A stretch of 64,000 bases of DNA from Desulfobacterales bacterium (lineage in GTDB: Bacteria > Desulfobacterota > Desulfobacteria > Desulfobacterales > UBA2174). This document shows, piece after piece, positions 18,217 through 29,046 of this stretch; the first letter of the stretch is position 1, and each line of letters begins with the position of its first letter. The notes beneath the pieces are model-generated. The model did not search any database, was not told the DNA's origin, and saw only the letters and a list, made by a program, of their open reading frames with translations. A program made the position numbers and the translations under genes. The stretch is from assembly GCA_963668645.2 (NCBI GenBank), contig CAXXWC010000014.1:1-64000 (forward strand), written 5' to 3'.

Positions 18217-19593
18217 ATGATACCACGCCCGCATCGCTTTTTCATGGCCTGCCTGGCCATCCTTATGACCCTTATGGCCGCCATCGCCTGCCCCTTGTAC
18301 GGGGCTGATCCGGTACCGAACGCTGAATCCCAGACGAGTGTCCAGACCGAGCGCACCAGTGTCGTCAAAACGGAGCGTATCGATGCCGCCGGTGAGCGCA
18401 TTTCCAAGGGGATTGACAAGTTGGGCGAGCAGGCGGCCACACGCCTGGGGCGTTGGGTCAACACCACGGTGTTGCTGAATATCAGCTGGCTCAAGTTGCT
18501 TATCACTCTGGGCATGATTTTTGTCGTGGTTTTTTTCGAAAGAATTCTGCGCTGGTTTCTGGTGCATCACCAGCGGCAGATGGAGGCCGAACGCAGTCCG
18601 GGGAACCTCTGGCGGCGGCTGCTGATCCGGGCTATGATCCGGCCTCTGTCATTGTTCGTCTGGGTCTACGGTGTCTACCTGGCTCTGGCACCGTTGCTGG
18701 CCCATTTTAAGATGGCAAACGAGACCAACCTGGTCCATTTGGTTGCCCAGCGGGCGGCGGATATTGGCGGGATCCTGGCCCTGTTCTGGTTCCTGCTCAA
18801 CCTGGTACATCTGCTCGACGAGCGGCTGCGGCGATGGGCCGAGGCCAACCAGAGCACCATCGACGACATGCTCGCTCCGCTGGTGGGTAAGACGCTGCGC
18901 ATCTTCATCGGTGCCATCGCCATCGTCATGGTGGTGCAGAATCTGACCGGAATTCAGATCGGCCCCCTGCTGGCCTCCCTGGGCATCGGCGGTCTGGCCG
19001 TGGCCCTGGCTGCCAAGGATACCATCGGAAATTTTTTCGGAACGTTGACCATCCTTTTCGACAAACCCTTCCAGGTCGGCGAGCGCATCGTCATCGAAGG
19101 CCAGGACGGCACGGTGGAATCGGTGGGCTTTCGCAGCACCCGCATCCGCACCCTTACCGGGCACTTGGTCTCGATTCCCAACGAGAAGGTCGTCAATTCG
19201 ACCCTGGAAAACATCGCCCGGCGGCCCAATATTCGTTGGCTGGCCAATATCGGCCTGCCCTACGACACGCCGGTGGAAAAGGTCGAACGGGCCGTCGCGA
19301 TCCTGCGCGAATTGCTGGCCGAGCATCAAGGGATGCACCCGGATTGGCCGCCGCGGGTGCATTTCAACGGGTTCAATGAGTGGAGCCTCAATGTCACGGT
19401 GGTGCTCTGGTATCATCCTCCCGACTGGTGGGCCTACCAGGGCTGGCTGCAGGCCACCTGCCTTGAGATTATGCGCCGCTTTGCAGCCGAGGGAATTGAG
19501 TTTGCCTTCCCGTCTCAAACGGTCTATCTGGCCCGGGGTGCCCGGCGCGAGCCGGCAGCTGAGGTTGCAGCCGGAGAAGACGCCCGTGGCTAG
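18217..19593 (+). CDS. MscS-family mechanosensitive channel
   Basis: GIGGLAVALAAKDTIGNFFG, VGFRSTRIRT, IEFAFPSQT. Confidence 0.92.
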   Translation: MIPRPHRFFMACLAILMTLMAAIACPLYGADPVPNAESQTSVQTERTSVVKTERIDAAGERISKGIDKLGEQAATRLGRWVNTTVLLNISWLKLLITLGMIFVVVFFERILRWFLVHHQRQMEAERSPGNLWRRLLIRAMIRPLSLFVWVYGVYLALAPLLAHFKMANETNLVHLVAQRAADIGGILALFWFLLNLVHLLDERLRRWAEANQSTIDDMLAPLVGKTLRIFIGAIAIVMVVQNLTGIQIGPLLASLGIGGLAVALAAKDTIGNFFGTLTILFDKPFQVGERIVIEGQDGTVESVGFRSTRIRTLTGHLVSIPNEKVVNSTLENIARRPNIRWLANIGLPYDTPVEKVERAVAILRELLAEHQGMHPDWPPRVHFNGFNEWSLNVTVVLWYHPPDWWAYQGWLQATCLEIMRRFAAEGIEFAFPSQTVYLARGARREPAAEVAAGEDARG

Positions 19594-19719
19594 GTTCGGG
19601 TTGTTTTTCGCGCATGGGTGTAGAATAATTCCATCTCAACCTCCCTCAGGCATACCGGCGGATTTCGGTGCAAGCCGCAAGCCGGAGCGTGAGCCGGAAT
19701 TCGCACGAAAGGATCGTCC

Positions 19720-20784
19720 ATGGCCCGTTTGATTCCGCGCAACCCCAAAAAGGCCGGCCAGGCACCCGGCACCTTGATCCATGTCGGCGAGCGGCGCATC
19801 GAAACGGCCCGCATCACCCTGATCGACTACGACGCACAGCGGATGGACGAACGGCAAGTGGCGCGCATTGAGGAGACCTATCCCTTCCGGGATACAGCCA
19901 CCGGCACCTGGATCAATATCGATGGGCTGCACGATATGGCCCCGATCCGGGCTATCGGCGAGCATTTCGGCATCCACCCCCTGACGCTGGAAGACATCGT
20001 CAACACGGCCCAGCGTCCCAAATTCGAGGCTTTCGACGACTACCTGTACATCGTGCTCAAGATGCTCAGCCTGGATGCGGACAGCGGCGACGTCCATGCC
20101 GAGCAGGTAAGCCTGGTGCTGGGCCACAATGTGCTGTTTTCTTTCCAGGAAAAACCCGGTGACGTCTTCGAGACGGTGCGCGACAGGCTGCGCCGGGGCA
20201 AGGGGCGCATCCGCCATACCGGCTGCGACTATCTGGCCTATGCCCTGGTGGACGCGGTGGTGGACCATTACTACATTACCCTCGAACAGATTGCCGAGCG
20301 GGCTGAAATCATCGAGCAAGCCCTGCTCGATGAGCCGGACGAGGCCATGATGCACCGGCTGCACCACCTCAAGCACGAACTGATCGTCTTTCGCAAACAG
20401 ATCTGGCCCCTGCGCGAGCTGCTGGCCGCCCTGATCCGGGGCGAGTCGGGCCTGATCGAGGATGGCACGGTGGTCTTTTTGCGGGATGTCTACGATCATG
20501 CCGTGCAGGTGATGGATACGGTCGAATCGCTTCGCGATGTGCTCTCCGGCCTGCTGGACCTTTACCTGTCGACTTTGAGCAATCGCATGAACGAGGTGAT
20601 GAAAGTCTTGACCATCATCGCCACCCTGTTTATACCCCTGACGTTCATGGCCGGCATCTACGGGATGAACTTCAAGCATATGCCTGAACTGGAGTGGCGC
20701 TGGGGCTATGCGGCCTTTTGGGGCTTGATCGTGATTATGGCCGCGGCCATGGTGCTCTATTTCCGCAAGCGCAGGTGGCTCTAA
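19720..20784 (+). CDS. corA: Magnesium/cobalt transporter CorA
   Basis: IHPLTLEDI, QRPK, NEVMKVLT, YGMNF..MPEL signature. Confidence 0.96.
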   Translation: MARLIPRNPKKAGQAPGTLIHVGERRIETARITLIDYDAQRMDERQVARIEETYPFRDTATGTWINIDGLHDMAPIRAIGEHFGIHPLTLEDIVNTAQRPKFEAFDDYLYIVLKMLSLDADSGDVHAEQVSLVLGHNVLFSFQEKPGDVFETVRDRLRRGKGRIRHTGCDYLAYALVDAVVDHYYITLEQIAERAEIIEQALLDEPDEAMMHRLHHLKHELIVFRKQIWPLRELLAALIRGESGLIEDGTVVFLRDVYDHAVQVMDTVESLRDVLSGLLDLYLSTLSNRMNEVMKVLTIIATLFIPLTFMAGIYGMNFKHMPELEWRWGYAAFWGLIVIMAAAMVLYFRKRRWL

Positions 20785-20789
20785 GTCCG

Positions 20790-21719
20790 ATGGGAATCGA
20801 CACCGAAAGGAAAAAAGTCAAACCGGCCCCGGCATCGGGCACGGATCTGGTCCGCCTTGATCCTTTGCAGCGCTACCTGGCCGAGATCCGGCGCTACCCG
20901 CTGCTGACCCGCGAGGAGGAACATACGCTGGCGGTCAAGGTTTTCGAGCAAAACGATCCGGACGCGGCCCTCAAGCTGATCACCTCGAACCTGCGCCTGG
21001 TGGTCAAGATCGCGCTGGATTTCCAGAACATCTGGATGCAGAACCTGCTCGACCTGATCCAGGAAGGCAATGTGGGGCTGATGCAGGCCGTCAAGAAGTT
21101 CGATCCGTACAAGAACGTCAAATTTTCCTACTATGCCGCCTTCTGGATCAAGGCCTATATCTACCGCTTTATCATGGCCAACTGGCGCCTGGTCAAGATC
21201 GGCACCACCCAGAACCAGCGCAAGCTCTTCTTCAAGCTCAAAAAGGAAAAACAGGCCCTTATCGACAAGGGCTTCGATCCCCAGCCCAAGCTGCTGGCCC
21301 GTCGTTTGGGGGTCAGCCCGGACGAGGTGATTGAAATGGACCAGCGGCTGGGCGGCTGGGACGTTTCCCTGGACCAGCCGGTCAAGGACGACTCGGACAC
21401 CGAGCGCATGGAGCTGGTGGGCGGCGAAAGCGTATCGGCCGAGGACCAGCTCGCCCAGATGGAGATCGAACAGATCCTGCAGCGCAAGATCGGCGAGTTC
21501 CGCGAGCAGCTCGACCAGCGCGAGGCCGACATCTTCGAGCAGCGCATGCTCTCGGACGCCCCGTTGACCCTCCAGGAGATCGGCGATCGCTACGGCGTTT
21601 CCAAAGAACGCATCCGCCAGGTCGAAAACAAGCTGATCAAACGCCTGAGAGCCTTTATCAAGGAAGAGATCCCGGATTTCAACCCCGAGGATCTGTTCGC
21701 GGATGGGGAAGGGGCGTGA
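20790..21719 (+). CDS. rpoH: RNA polymerase sigma-32 family factor
   Basis: NLRLVVKIA, DLIQEGNVGLM, RpoH box QRKLFFKL, TLQEIG..YGVSKERIRQ. Confidence 0.9.
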   Translation: MGIDTERKKVKPAPASGTDLVRLDPLQRYLAEIRRYPLLTREEEHTLAVKVFEQNDPDAALKLITSNLRLVVKIALDFQNIWMQNLLDLIQEGNVGLMQAVKKFDPYKNVKFSYYAAFWIKAYIYRFIMANWRLVKIGTTQNQRKLFFKLKKEKQALIDKGFDPQPKLLARRLGVSPDEVIEMDQRLGGWDVSLDQPVKDDSDTERMELVGGESVSAEDQLAQMEIEQILQRKIGEFREQLDQREADIFEQRMLSDAPLTLQEIGDRYGVSKERIRQVENKLIKRLRAFIKEEIPDFNPEDLFADGEGA

Positions 21720-21846
21720 ACCACCGGCCATCGGACAGGTATGGTCAGCAGCGCCAACTTTCCACGGCCGGCATCCGTTTTTTCCCGACCGATCCATCGC
21801 GTGCACCCGAATTCTTATACCGGCCGGCCGGATCGTACAGAATGGC

Positions 21847-21875
21847 TTGACAAAGTTTCGGCTCGAACTTATTAT
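21847..21875 (+). promoter_or_regulatory. Putative sigma70 promoter for the kamA-like operon
   Basis: TTGACA-N17-TATTAT in an AT-rich stretch; the spacer is an imperfect palindrome (AAGTTTCG-GCT-CGAACTT). Confidence 0.6.
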
Positions 21876-22225
21876 TATTGACAGTCTGTATGATCAATGG
21901 AGGGCTATATAAAACTTAATTAGTTGATTTCATGAAATAATAGTTTTTAGCGAGTGATCATTTTGCACCTCAACCCAACTGACCTGATACTTATACCCGA
22001 ATGTTGTTGCAGGCGCCCCTCCCGGGAGACGGCTTGCGCTGAAGGCCTGCTGCCCACCCTGTCTTTACCCTTTCACCGCCAATCCATCGATTTTCATTAG
22101 CTTCCTTTCGATTTCCAACTTTTTGCGACACTTCGATGCCGGTTGAAGCATCGATTCTTACCGGTCCGCCTTTCCGTGCGCCACCGGTGCGATCCGTGCG
22201 TCCAAAAGAAGAAAGGAAAAGATTC

Positions 22226-23560
22226 ATGCACCTCAACTCCCCCCACTATACCGCCTACGGCATGCACAACCTCGACCGTATCACCCAACTCATGGCCCTG
22301 CCGGCCGAACATCGTCAGGACTTCGATCTCGTCTCCCGGGTGCTCCCGTTTCGCACCAACAACTACGTGGTCGAAGAGTTGATCGACTGGAACGCCGTGC
22401 CTGAGGATCCGATTTTCCAGTTGACCTTTCCCCAGCCCGGGATGCTCTCCGCGCGCCATCGCATGGCACTGCGCACCTTGAAGGCTGAAAGCGCATCCAC
22501 CGAACGCTGGCGCAACACCGTGGCGTGCATCCGCAGCGAGATGAATCCCCACCCGGCCCAGCAGACGACTCACAACGTGCCGCATCTGGACGGCTGCCCG
22601 ATGGACGGCATGCAGCACAAATACCCCGAGACGGTGCTTGTCTTTCCGCGCCAGGGGCAGACCTGCCATGCCTTTTGCACCTACTGTTTTCGCTGGGCCC
22701 AGTTTTGCGGGGCCGATCAGCACCGGTTTTCCTGCGGCGATCCCATGGCGCCGGTGCGTTACATCGAGGCCCATCACGAGGTGACCGATGTGCTGATCAC
22801 CGGCGGAGACCCTTTGGTGATGCGGGCCAAGGCACTGCAGCGCTACATCGATCCGCTGCTGGCCATACCCGGTCGCCGGCCGGCCACGATCCGCATCGGC
22901 ACCAAGTCGCTCGCCTACTGGCCGTATCGCTTCTTTGCCGACCGGGATGCAGACGACCTGATGCGCCTTTTTGAGCGCATCGTGAAAAGCGGCCGTCAAC
23001 TGGCCATCATGGCCCATTTCACCCATCCGCGCGAACTGTCCACCCCGGCCGTGGAAATGGCCCTGAAACGGCTCCAGGCCGTGGGGGCTACCATCCGGTG
23101 CCAAAGCCCGGTGGTGCGCCACGTCAACGACGGCTCCGGGATCTGGGCAGAGATGTGGCGGCGCCAGGTCGCTCTGGGGTTGGTTCCCTATTACATGTTC
23201 GTGGCCCGCGATACCGGGCCGGAGCGCTACTTTCGACTCCCCCTGGCACGCACCTGGTTGATCTACAGCAGGGCTCTGCGCCAGGTCTCGGGGCTGGGGC
23301 GCACCGTGCGCGGCCCCTCCATGTCCGCCAGCCCGGGCAAGATCCTGGTCGATGGAGTGGCCGAGATTCACGGCGAGCGGGTTTTCGTGCTCAAGTTTCT
23401 CCAGGGCCGCAATCCGGACTGGGTCAACCGGGTCTTTTTCGCCCGCTACAGCGACACGGCCGCATGGTTCGACGAACTCAAACCGGCCCTGGGCCAGGAG
23501 CAGTTCTTCTTCCAATGCAGGTCAGGCTTGCATCAGGCGTCAAGAGCCTGTATGAATTAG
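22226..23560 (+). CDS. KamA-family radical SAM aminomutase (lysine 2,3-aminomutase-like)
   Basis: HKYPETVL, CHAFCTYCFR (CX3CX2C), DVLITGGDP, HFTHPREL, PYYMF, PSMSASPGK (candidate PLP lysine). Confidence 0.9.
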   Translation: MHLNSPHYTAYGMHNLDRITQLMALPAEHRQDFDLVSRVLPFRTNNYVVEELIDWNAVPEDPIFQLTFPQPGMLSARHRMALRTLKAESASTERWRNTVACIRSEMNPHPAQQTTHNVPHLDGCPMDGMQHKYPETVLVFPRQGQTCHAFCTYCFRWAQFCGADQHRFSCGDPMAPVRYIEAHHEVTDVLITGGDPLVMRAKALQRYIDPLLAIPGRRPATIRIGTKSLAYWPYRFFADRDADDLMRLFERIVKSGRQLAIMAHFTHPRELSTPAVEMALKRLQAVGATIRCQSPVVRHVNDGSGIWAEMWRRQVALGLVPYYMFVARDTGPERYFRLPLARTWLIYSRALRQVSGLGRTVRGPSMSASPGKILVDGVAEIHGERVFVLKFLQGRNPDWVNRVFFARYSDTAAWFDELKPALGQEQFFFQCRSGLHQASRACMN

Positions 23561-23630
23561 CCCCACTGTTCTAGCAAGCTCCCACCTGGGGCATGCCCTT
23601 TGGATTCAACCTCCATGTGGAAAGCATCCC

Positions 23631-24809
23631 ATGAAAGCCGTTGTTCTTGGCGGATTCGGCCTTCAGGGCCGGGCCGCGGTTATCGATCTGATGCGCAGCG
23701 CCGATGTCAAGGAGGTGGTCTGCGCCGACGCCCATACCCAGGGCCTGGAATCTCTATCCGCCCTGGAAGGATTCGAAAAGCTGCGCCCGGTCTCCCTGGA
23801 TGCGGCATCACCGGCCGCTCTGGTCGACCTGTTCGGCTCAGGGGCCGACGTGGCCATCGATCTGCTGCCGATCCGCTTCATGGCCGCAGCCTTCGAGGCC
23901 GCCGTTAAGACCGGAACACCGCTGGTGAGCACCAATTACGCCCATCCCCTGGCCCATCTGGATGAACCGGCGCGCCGCCGCGGCGTCGTGTTGATGCCCG
24001 AATGCGGCCTGGATCCGGGCATCGACCTGGTGATCATGGGCGAGGCCGTGCGCCGTTTTGAGACCCTGACCCGCCTCGACTCCTACTGCGGCGGCATCCC
24101 CGAAGCCTCCGCCTGCGACAATCCGCTGGGCTACAAGATCAGCTGGAATTTCGAAATGGTGCTTGCCAGCCAGGTGCGCGCCTCGCGCTTCGTGCGCGAC
24201 GGACGCGTGTTCGAGATTCCGGCCGAAGCCCAGCACGAAAGCGAAATGAACCATGAGATCGATTTTCCCGGTCTCGGCCGCCTGGAAGCCATTCCCAACG
24301 GCGACGCTGCCGCTTATGTCGAGCGTCTGGGGCTCTCGGACACCATCCGCCATTCCGGCCGTTACAGCCTGCGCTGGCCCGGCTGGCAGGCTTTCTGGCG
24401 CACGGCTAAGCGGCTCGGGTTTCTCGACGAGGAGCCGGTCCCCGGTCTTGGGGGCGACCTCAGTCCCAGGCAGTTCATGATACGCCACCTCGAACCGCGG
24501 CTCCAGTACGGCCCGCAAGAGCGGGACCTGACCCCCATGGTCAACGTATTCGAGGGGCAAAGCCAGGGCCGCCCCCTGCGTCTGACCACCCGGCTGCTCA
24601 TCGCCCGCGACCTTGAAAGCGGTCTGCTGGCCATGAACATCGGGGTCGGTTCCACCGCCAGCGTGGTGGCCCAGATGATCGCCCGGGGCGAAATTGCCGC
24701 ACCGGGCCTGCGTTCGCCGCTGCGCGACGTCCCCTATCGGCGCTTCATGGACGAAATGGGTGCCCGGGGGATCCGCATCGAGGAAGAACTCACCTGGCTG
24801 GACAGGTAA
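23631..24809 (+). CDS. Saccharopine dehydrogenase / lysine 6-dehydrogenase family oxidoreductase
   Basis: GGFGLQG Rossmann motif, ECGLDPGID, SYCGGIP, NPLGYKISW, LRWPG. Confidence 0.88.
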   Translation: MKAVVLGGFGLQGRAAVIDLMRSADVKEVVCADAHTQGLESLSALEGFEKLRPVSLDAASPAALVDLFGSGADVAIDLLPIRFMAAAFEAAVKTGTPLVSTNYAHPLAHLDEPARRRGVVLMPECGLDPGIDLVIMGEAVRRFETLTRLDSYCGGIPEASACDNPLGYKISWNFEMVLASQVRASRFVRDGRVFEIPAEAQHESEMNHEIDFPGLGRLEAIPNGDAAAYVERLGLSDTIRHSGRYSLRWPGWQAFWRTAKRLGFLDEEPVPGLGGDLSPRQFMIRHLEPRLQYGPQERDLTPMVNVFEGQSQGRPLRLTTRLLIARDLESGLLAMNIGVGSTASVVAQMIARGEIAAPGLRSPLRDVPYRRFMDEMGARGIRIEEELTWLDR

Positions 24810-24869
24810 TCTGCTGCGGCGGACCCGGTCCGGCCCACCAATCAAACAGCGACCAAAAGGAGAGAAGCG

Positions 24870-25667
24870 ATGGGCATTAAACGGATCGGCAATATTTTTT
24901 TGTGCCTGGCTTTGGTGCTGGGGCTGGCGTCCACCGTCCAGGCCGACACCCTCGAAGATATCCTCCAGCGCGGCGAGCTGCGGGTGGCGGTCCAGACCCA
25001 GGGTCCTCCGTTCAGCTTCGTGGACAAGAAGGGCGAGCGTACGGGATCCTCGGTGGAATTTTGCAGGCTGATGGCCCAGGAGATGGGCGTCAAGGTGACC
25101 TTCCTCGACTATGACTGGGATGGACTGATTCCGGCCCTGCTCTCCAAAAAGGCCGACATCCTGGCGGCCGATATGACCGCCAAGCTGCCCCGCGCCCTGA
25201 AGGTCTCTTTTACCAAACCGTTTTACACCACCGGCCAGGTGATGTACGTCAAGACCGGATCGGCCATCAAGACGGTGGCCGACGCCAACAAACCGGCCGT
25301 CACCATCGCTACCCTGCTCGGATCGAGTTACACCGAGACGGCCAAGAAGAACATGCCCCAGGCGACCATCAAGGAGTACAAGGGCGGCGGCAACATCGCC
25401 ATGAACGCCGTGGTGGCCGGACACGCCGATGTGGGCATCGCCGACCTGAGTTCGGTCAACGCCATGGCATCCAACTATCCGGCCGGCACCTTGACGGTCC
25501 TGCCGGCCATGCTCTCCTACGAGCCGTTGAGCTTTGCGGTGCGCCCCGAGGACCGGCATCTGCTCGAATGGATCAACCTCTTTTTCGATTGGATCCGGGC
25601 CGACGGCCGCTATGAGCAGAACATGGAGTACTGGGTCAAGGGCGACGCCTGGAAAGCGGATCATTGA
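24870..25667 (+). CDS. Polar amino-acid ABC transporter substrate-binding protein
   Basis: Signal peptide; RGELRV, PPFSF, WDGLIPALLSKKADI, SFTKPFY (family 3 SBP). Confidence 0.92.
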   Translation: MGIKRIGNIFLCLALVLGLASTVQADTLEDILQRGELRVAVQTQGPPFSFVDKKGERTGSSVEFCRLMAQEMGVKVTFLDYDWDGLIPALLSKKADILAADMTAKLPRALKVSFTKPFYTTGQVMYVKTGSAIKTVADANKPAVTIATLLGSSYTETAKKNMPQATIKEYKGGGNIAMNAVVAGHADVGIADLSSVNAMASNYPAGTLTVLPAMLSYEPLSFAVRPEDRHLLEWINLFFDWIRADGRYEQNMEYWVKGDAWKADH

Positions 25668-25708
25668 TATTTTTGAGCCGGCAAAGAAGGCCTGCCGGCT
25701 CAAAAATA
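25668..25708. terminator. 16-bp perfect inverted repeat right after the SBP gene (mRNA stabiliser or partial terminator)
   Basis: TATTTTTGAGCCGGCA-N9-TGCCGGCTCAAAAATA. Confidence 0.7.
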
Positions 25709-25772
25709 GATAAATTTCAATACGGCGGCACCGCTCCCGGGGCGGTGAAGTTAAAAAAGCAGCCAAAGCAGG

Positions 25773-26441
25773 ATGCTCGAAACCTTTAATTTTCGTGTGA
25801 TTTGGGCCACCATGCCCCAGTTCCTGCAGGGGATGGCCGGCACGGCGTGGATCTCTTTGGCGGCTCTGAGCGGAGCCATGTTGATCGGCGTGGTGGCCTG
25901 TGTGATGCGGCTTTCGGGCCGGCGTTGGCTCTCCTTTGCGGCGGTGGCCTACATCGAGCTGATCCGTTCGACGCCCCTGCTGGCCCAGCTCTATTTTTTT
26001 TATTTCGGGCTTCCCACCCTGGGCATACGCATGTCGGAGGTCCAGACCGGAATCATGGCCCTGGCACTCAACAGCGGGGCCTACATCGCCGAGATCGTGC
26101 GTGCCGGGGTCATGAGCATCCCTGCGGGCCAGACCGAGGCCGCCACCGCTTCGGGGCTCAGCCTCATTCAGCGGCTGCGTTACATCATCCTGCCCCAGGC
26201 CATCGGAATCAGTATTCCGGCCCTGCTGGGGCAGATGATCGTCCTGGTCAAGGACAGCGCCCTGCTGGCGCTGATCTCGGTCTTCGAGCTGACCCGCGCC
26301 GGCCAGTTGATGGCTTCCGAGCGCTTCATGCCGGCCGAGGGTTTTTTTACAACCGCCGTCTTGTATCTGCTGATCTATTTCGTGCTGAAGTACGCCTCCA
26401 GAGAATGGCAAAAGAGGCTGATCTTTCAGCCGGCCGGATGA
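25773..26441 (+). CDS. Amino-acid ABC transporter permease
   Basis: YIELIRSTPLL, AYIAEIVRAG, GQTEAA..GL, KDSAL. Confidence 0.93.
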   Translation: MLETFNFRVIWATMPQFLQGMAGTAWISLAALSGAMLIGVVACVMRLSGRRWLSFAAVAYIELIRSTPLLAQLYFFYFGLPTLGIRMSEVQTGIMALALNSGAYIAEIVRAGVMSIPAGQTEAATASGLSLIQRLRYIILPQAIGISIPALLGQMIVLVKDSALLALISVFELTRAGQLMASERFMPAEGFFTTAVLYLLIYFVLKYASREWQKRLIFQPAG

Positions 26442-26451
26442 GTCGGGCAAT

Positions 26452-27120
26452 ATGTGGCTTTTCTATCTAAAGGGGATGTGGGGTTCACTGCCCTTCTTTT
26501 TCAAGGGGTTGTGGATCACCGTGCAGGTCGCCGGGTTGAGCCTGGCGATGGGCACGGCGGCCGGATTCTTGCTGGGCATCGTCCGCACCTCCGAGATTCG
26601 CGCCCTGAACCGGCTGCTGGCCGTCTACGTGGACCTGATCCGCGGCACTCCGTTTCTGGTGCAGATCTTTATCGTCTTTTTCATCCTGCCCGAATGGAAC
26701 ATCCGCTTGGATGCTTTCTCCTCGGCGGTACTGAGCCTGACGGTCTACGGTACGGCCTACATCTGTGAGATCGTCTACGGCGCCATTCGCGGCATCGCCC
26801 GGGGCCAGTTCGAAGCCGCCGCGGCCAGCGGGCTGGGCTGGTGGCAGCAGATGCGCTATGTCATCGTGCCCCAGGCCATGCGTCCGATCCTGCCGCCCCT
26901 GGTGGGCCAGTACGTGCTGCTGATCAAGGATACGGCCGTGGTGTCGGTCATCGGGCTTACCGACGTGACCCGGGTGGGCTGGTTCACCGTGCAGCGCATT
27001 CCCAACGGGATCCTGGTCTTCGGTCTGGTGGGGCTGCTCTACTTTCTGATCTGCTATCCGCTGGTCTTTCTGTCCAACCGGCTCGAAGCACGGTTGAAAG
27101 TGGAAGAGAGTACCCTTTGA
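26452..27120 (+). CDS. Amino-acid ABC transporter permease
   Basis: [30 protein letters not shown]. Confidence 0.93.
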   Translation: MWLFYLKGMWGSLPFFFKGLWITVQVAGLSLAMGTAAGFLLGIVRTSEIRALNRLLAVYVDLIRGTPFLVQIFIVFFILPEWNIRLDAFSSAVLSLTVYGTAYICEIVYGAIRGIARGQFEAAAASGLGWWQQMRYVIVPQAMRPILPPLVGQYVLLIKDTAVVSVIGLTDVTRVGWFTVQRIPNGILVFGLVGLLYFLICYPLVFLSNRLEARLKVEESTL

Positions 27121-27161
27121 GCATAGAGGCAAATGACTTCAACGAGCAGAGCCAACGCCGT

Positions 27162-27890
<729 letters not shown>

Positions 27891-27891
27891 G

Positions 27892-29046
27892 ATGAGTCCG
27901 AACGCTGATCTTGCCTCCGATCCCCACGATGTTTCCGGCCCCTGGATCGATGTCGATCTTGGGGCCATCGACCAGAATCTCGACCGGATCCACGCCCGCA
28001 CCCGCACCCGGCTGATGCCGGTGATCAAGGCCAACGCTTATGGCCACGGCCTGGTGCCGGTGGCCCGGCATATAGCGCGCCACCGGGCCGTGGGCGCCGT
28101 GGCCGTCGGCGTGCTGCGCGAGGCCCTGGAGCTTCGCCGCGCAGGATTGAGCCTGCCGGTGCTCAACCTGGGGCCTTTTACCCGCAGCGAAGCCGGGGCA
28201 CTGGTGGCCCAGGAGATTTCCCAGTCCGTGTTCACCGGAGCGGTCGAATGGATCGAGCGGGCCGCGGCGGCCCAGGGCAGGACGGCCCGGGTTCATATCA
28301 AGATCGACACCGGCCTGGGACGGGTGGGCATCGCCCACGACCAGGCCCTGGAATTTATCCGCATGGTGGCCAGCCTCGACCATGTGCGCATTCAAGGGGT
28401 TTTCACCTCCTTGAGTGAAGATGCGGATTTTGACCGCGTGCAGATGGCGCGTTTTAATGCCGTGCTTGCCGCGGCGGCGGCTGCGGGCATCGATACGGGG
28501 TGGCGCCATGCCGCCTCCAGCGCGGCTATCCTGGACGATCCGGGGTTTTGCCTCGACATGGCCCGGCCCGGGATCATGGTTTTCGGCCATTACCCTTCGG
28601 CCGGCGCCTACCGCAGCCGGCCCATCGAGCTGCGCCCGGCGTTGAGTCTCAAGACCCGGGTGGTGTACGTCAAGCATCTTCTGGCCGGCGACCCGGTGGG
28701 CTATCATCGGGTCTACCGGGCTCCGGCCGATGAAACCCTCATCACCGGCGCCATCGGCTACCCGGACGGCTATCCGTTCCAGGCCGCCGACCGCACCGAG
28801 GCCCTTATCGGCGGGGTGCGCCACCGGCTGGTGGCCACGGTGACCGCCAACCACATCTACCTGCGCGGGGGCCGGGAAACGGTGGTCCCGGGCGATGAGA
28901 TCGTACTTTACGGCCCCCAGAAGGGGGGCTGTATCGCGATAGAAGAGGTCGCGGCGGCCGTCGGCCGGTCCGAATACAATCTTCTATCCAGGCTCAGCCC
29001 GCTTTTGCCGCGGTTTTACCGTGGAGGTCATCACGATGACCCATGA
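27892..29046 (+). CDS. Alanine-racemase-family PLP enzyme (divergent)
   Basis: VIKANAYGHG PLP lysine motif, HIKIDTGLGRVG, RPGI, VGY, GYPDG; several substrate-pocket motifs differ from Alr. Confidence 0.88.
   Translation: MSPNADLASDPHDVSGPWIDVDLGAIDQNLDRIHARTRTRLMPVIKANAYGHGLVPVARHIARHRAVGAVAVGVLREALELRRAGLSLPVLNLGPFTRSEAGALVAQEISQSVFTGAVEWIERAAAAQGRTARVHIKIDTGLGRVGIAHDQALEFIRMVASLDHVRIQGVFTSLSEDADFDRVQMARFNAVLAAAAAAGIDTGWRHAASSAAILDDPGFCLDMARPGIMVFGHYPSAGAYRSRPIELRPALSLKTRVVYVKHLLAGDPVGYHRVYRAPADETLITGAIGYPDGYPFQAADRTEALIGGVRHRLVATVTANHIYLRGGRETVVPGDEIVLYGPQKGGCIAIEEVAAAVGRSEYNLLSRLSPLLPRFYRGGHHDDP

Noticed and set aside
22226..23560. ablAB (N-acetyl-beta-lysine osmolyte) or epmB assignment
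   Set aside because: No GNAT ablB, efp or epmA is adjacent, and length and motifs differ from EpmB.
23838..26450. 870-aa minus-strand ORF and many other long overlapping ORFs (e.g. 13229-14734, 22097-23515, 36515-37846, 59419-61158)
   Set aside because: Antisense or alternate-frame shadows of well-supported genes, expected at high GC; no recognisable motifs.
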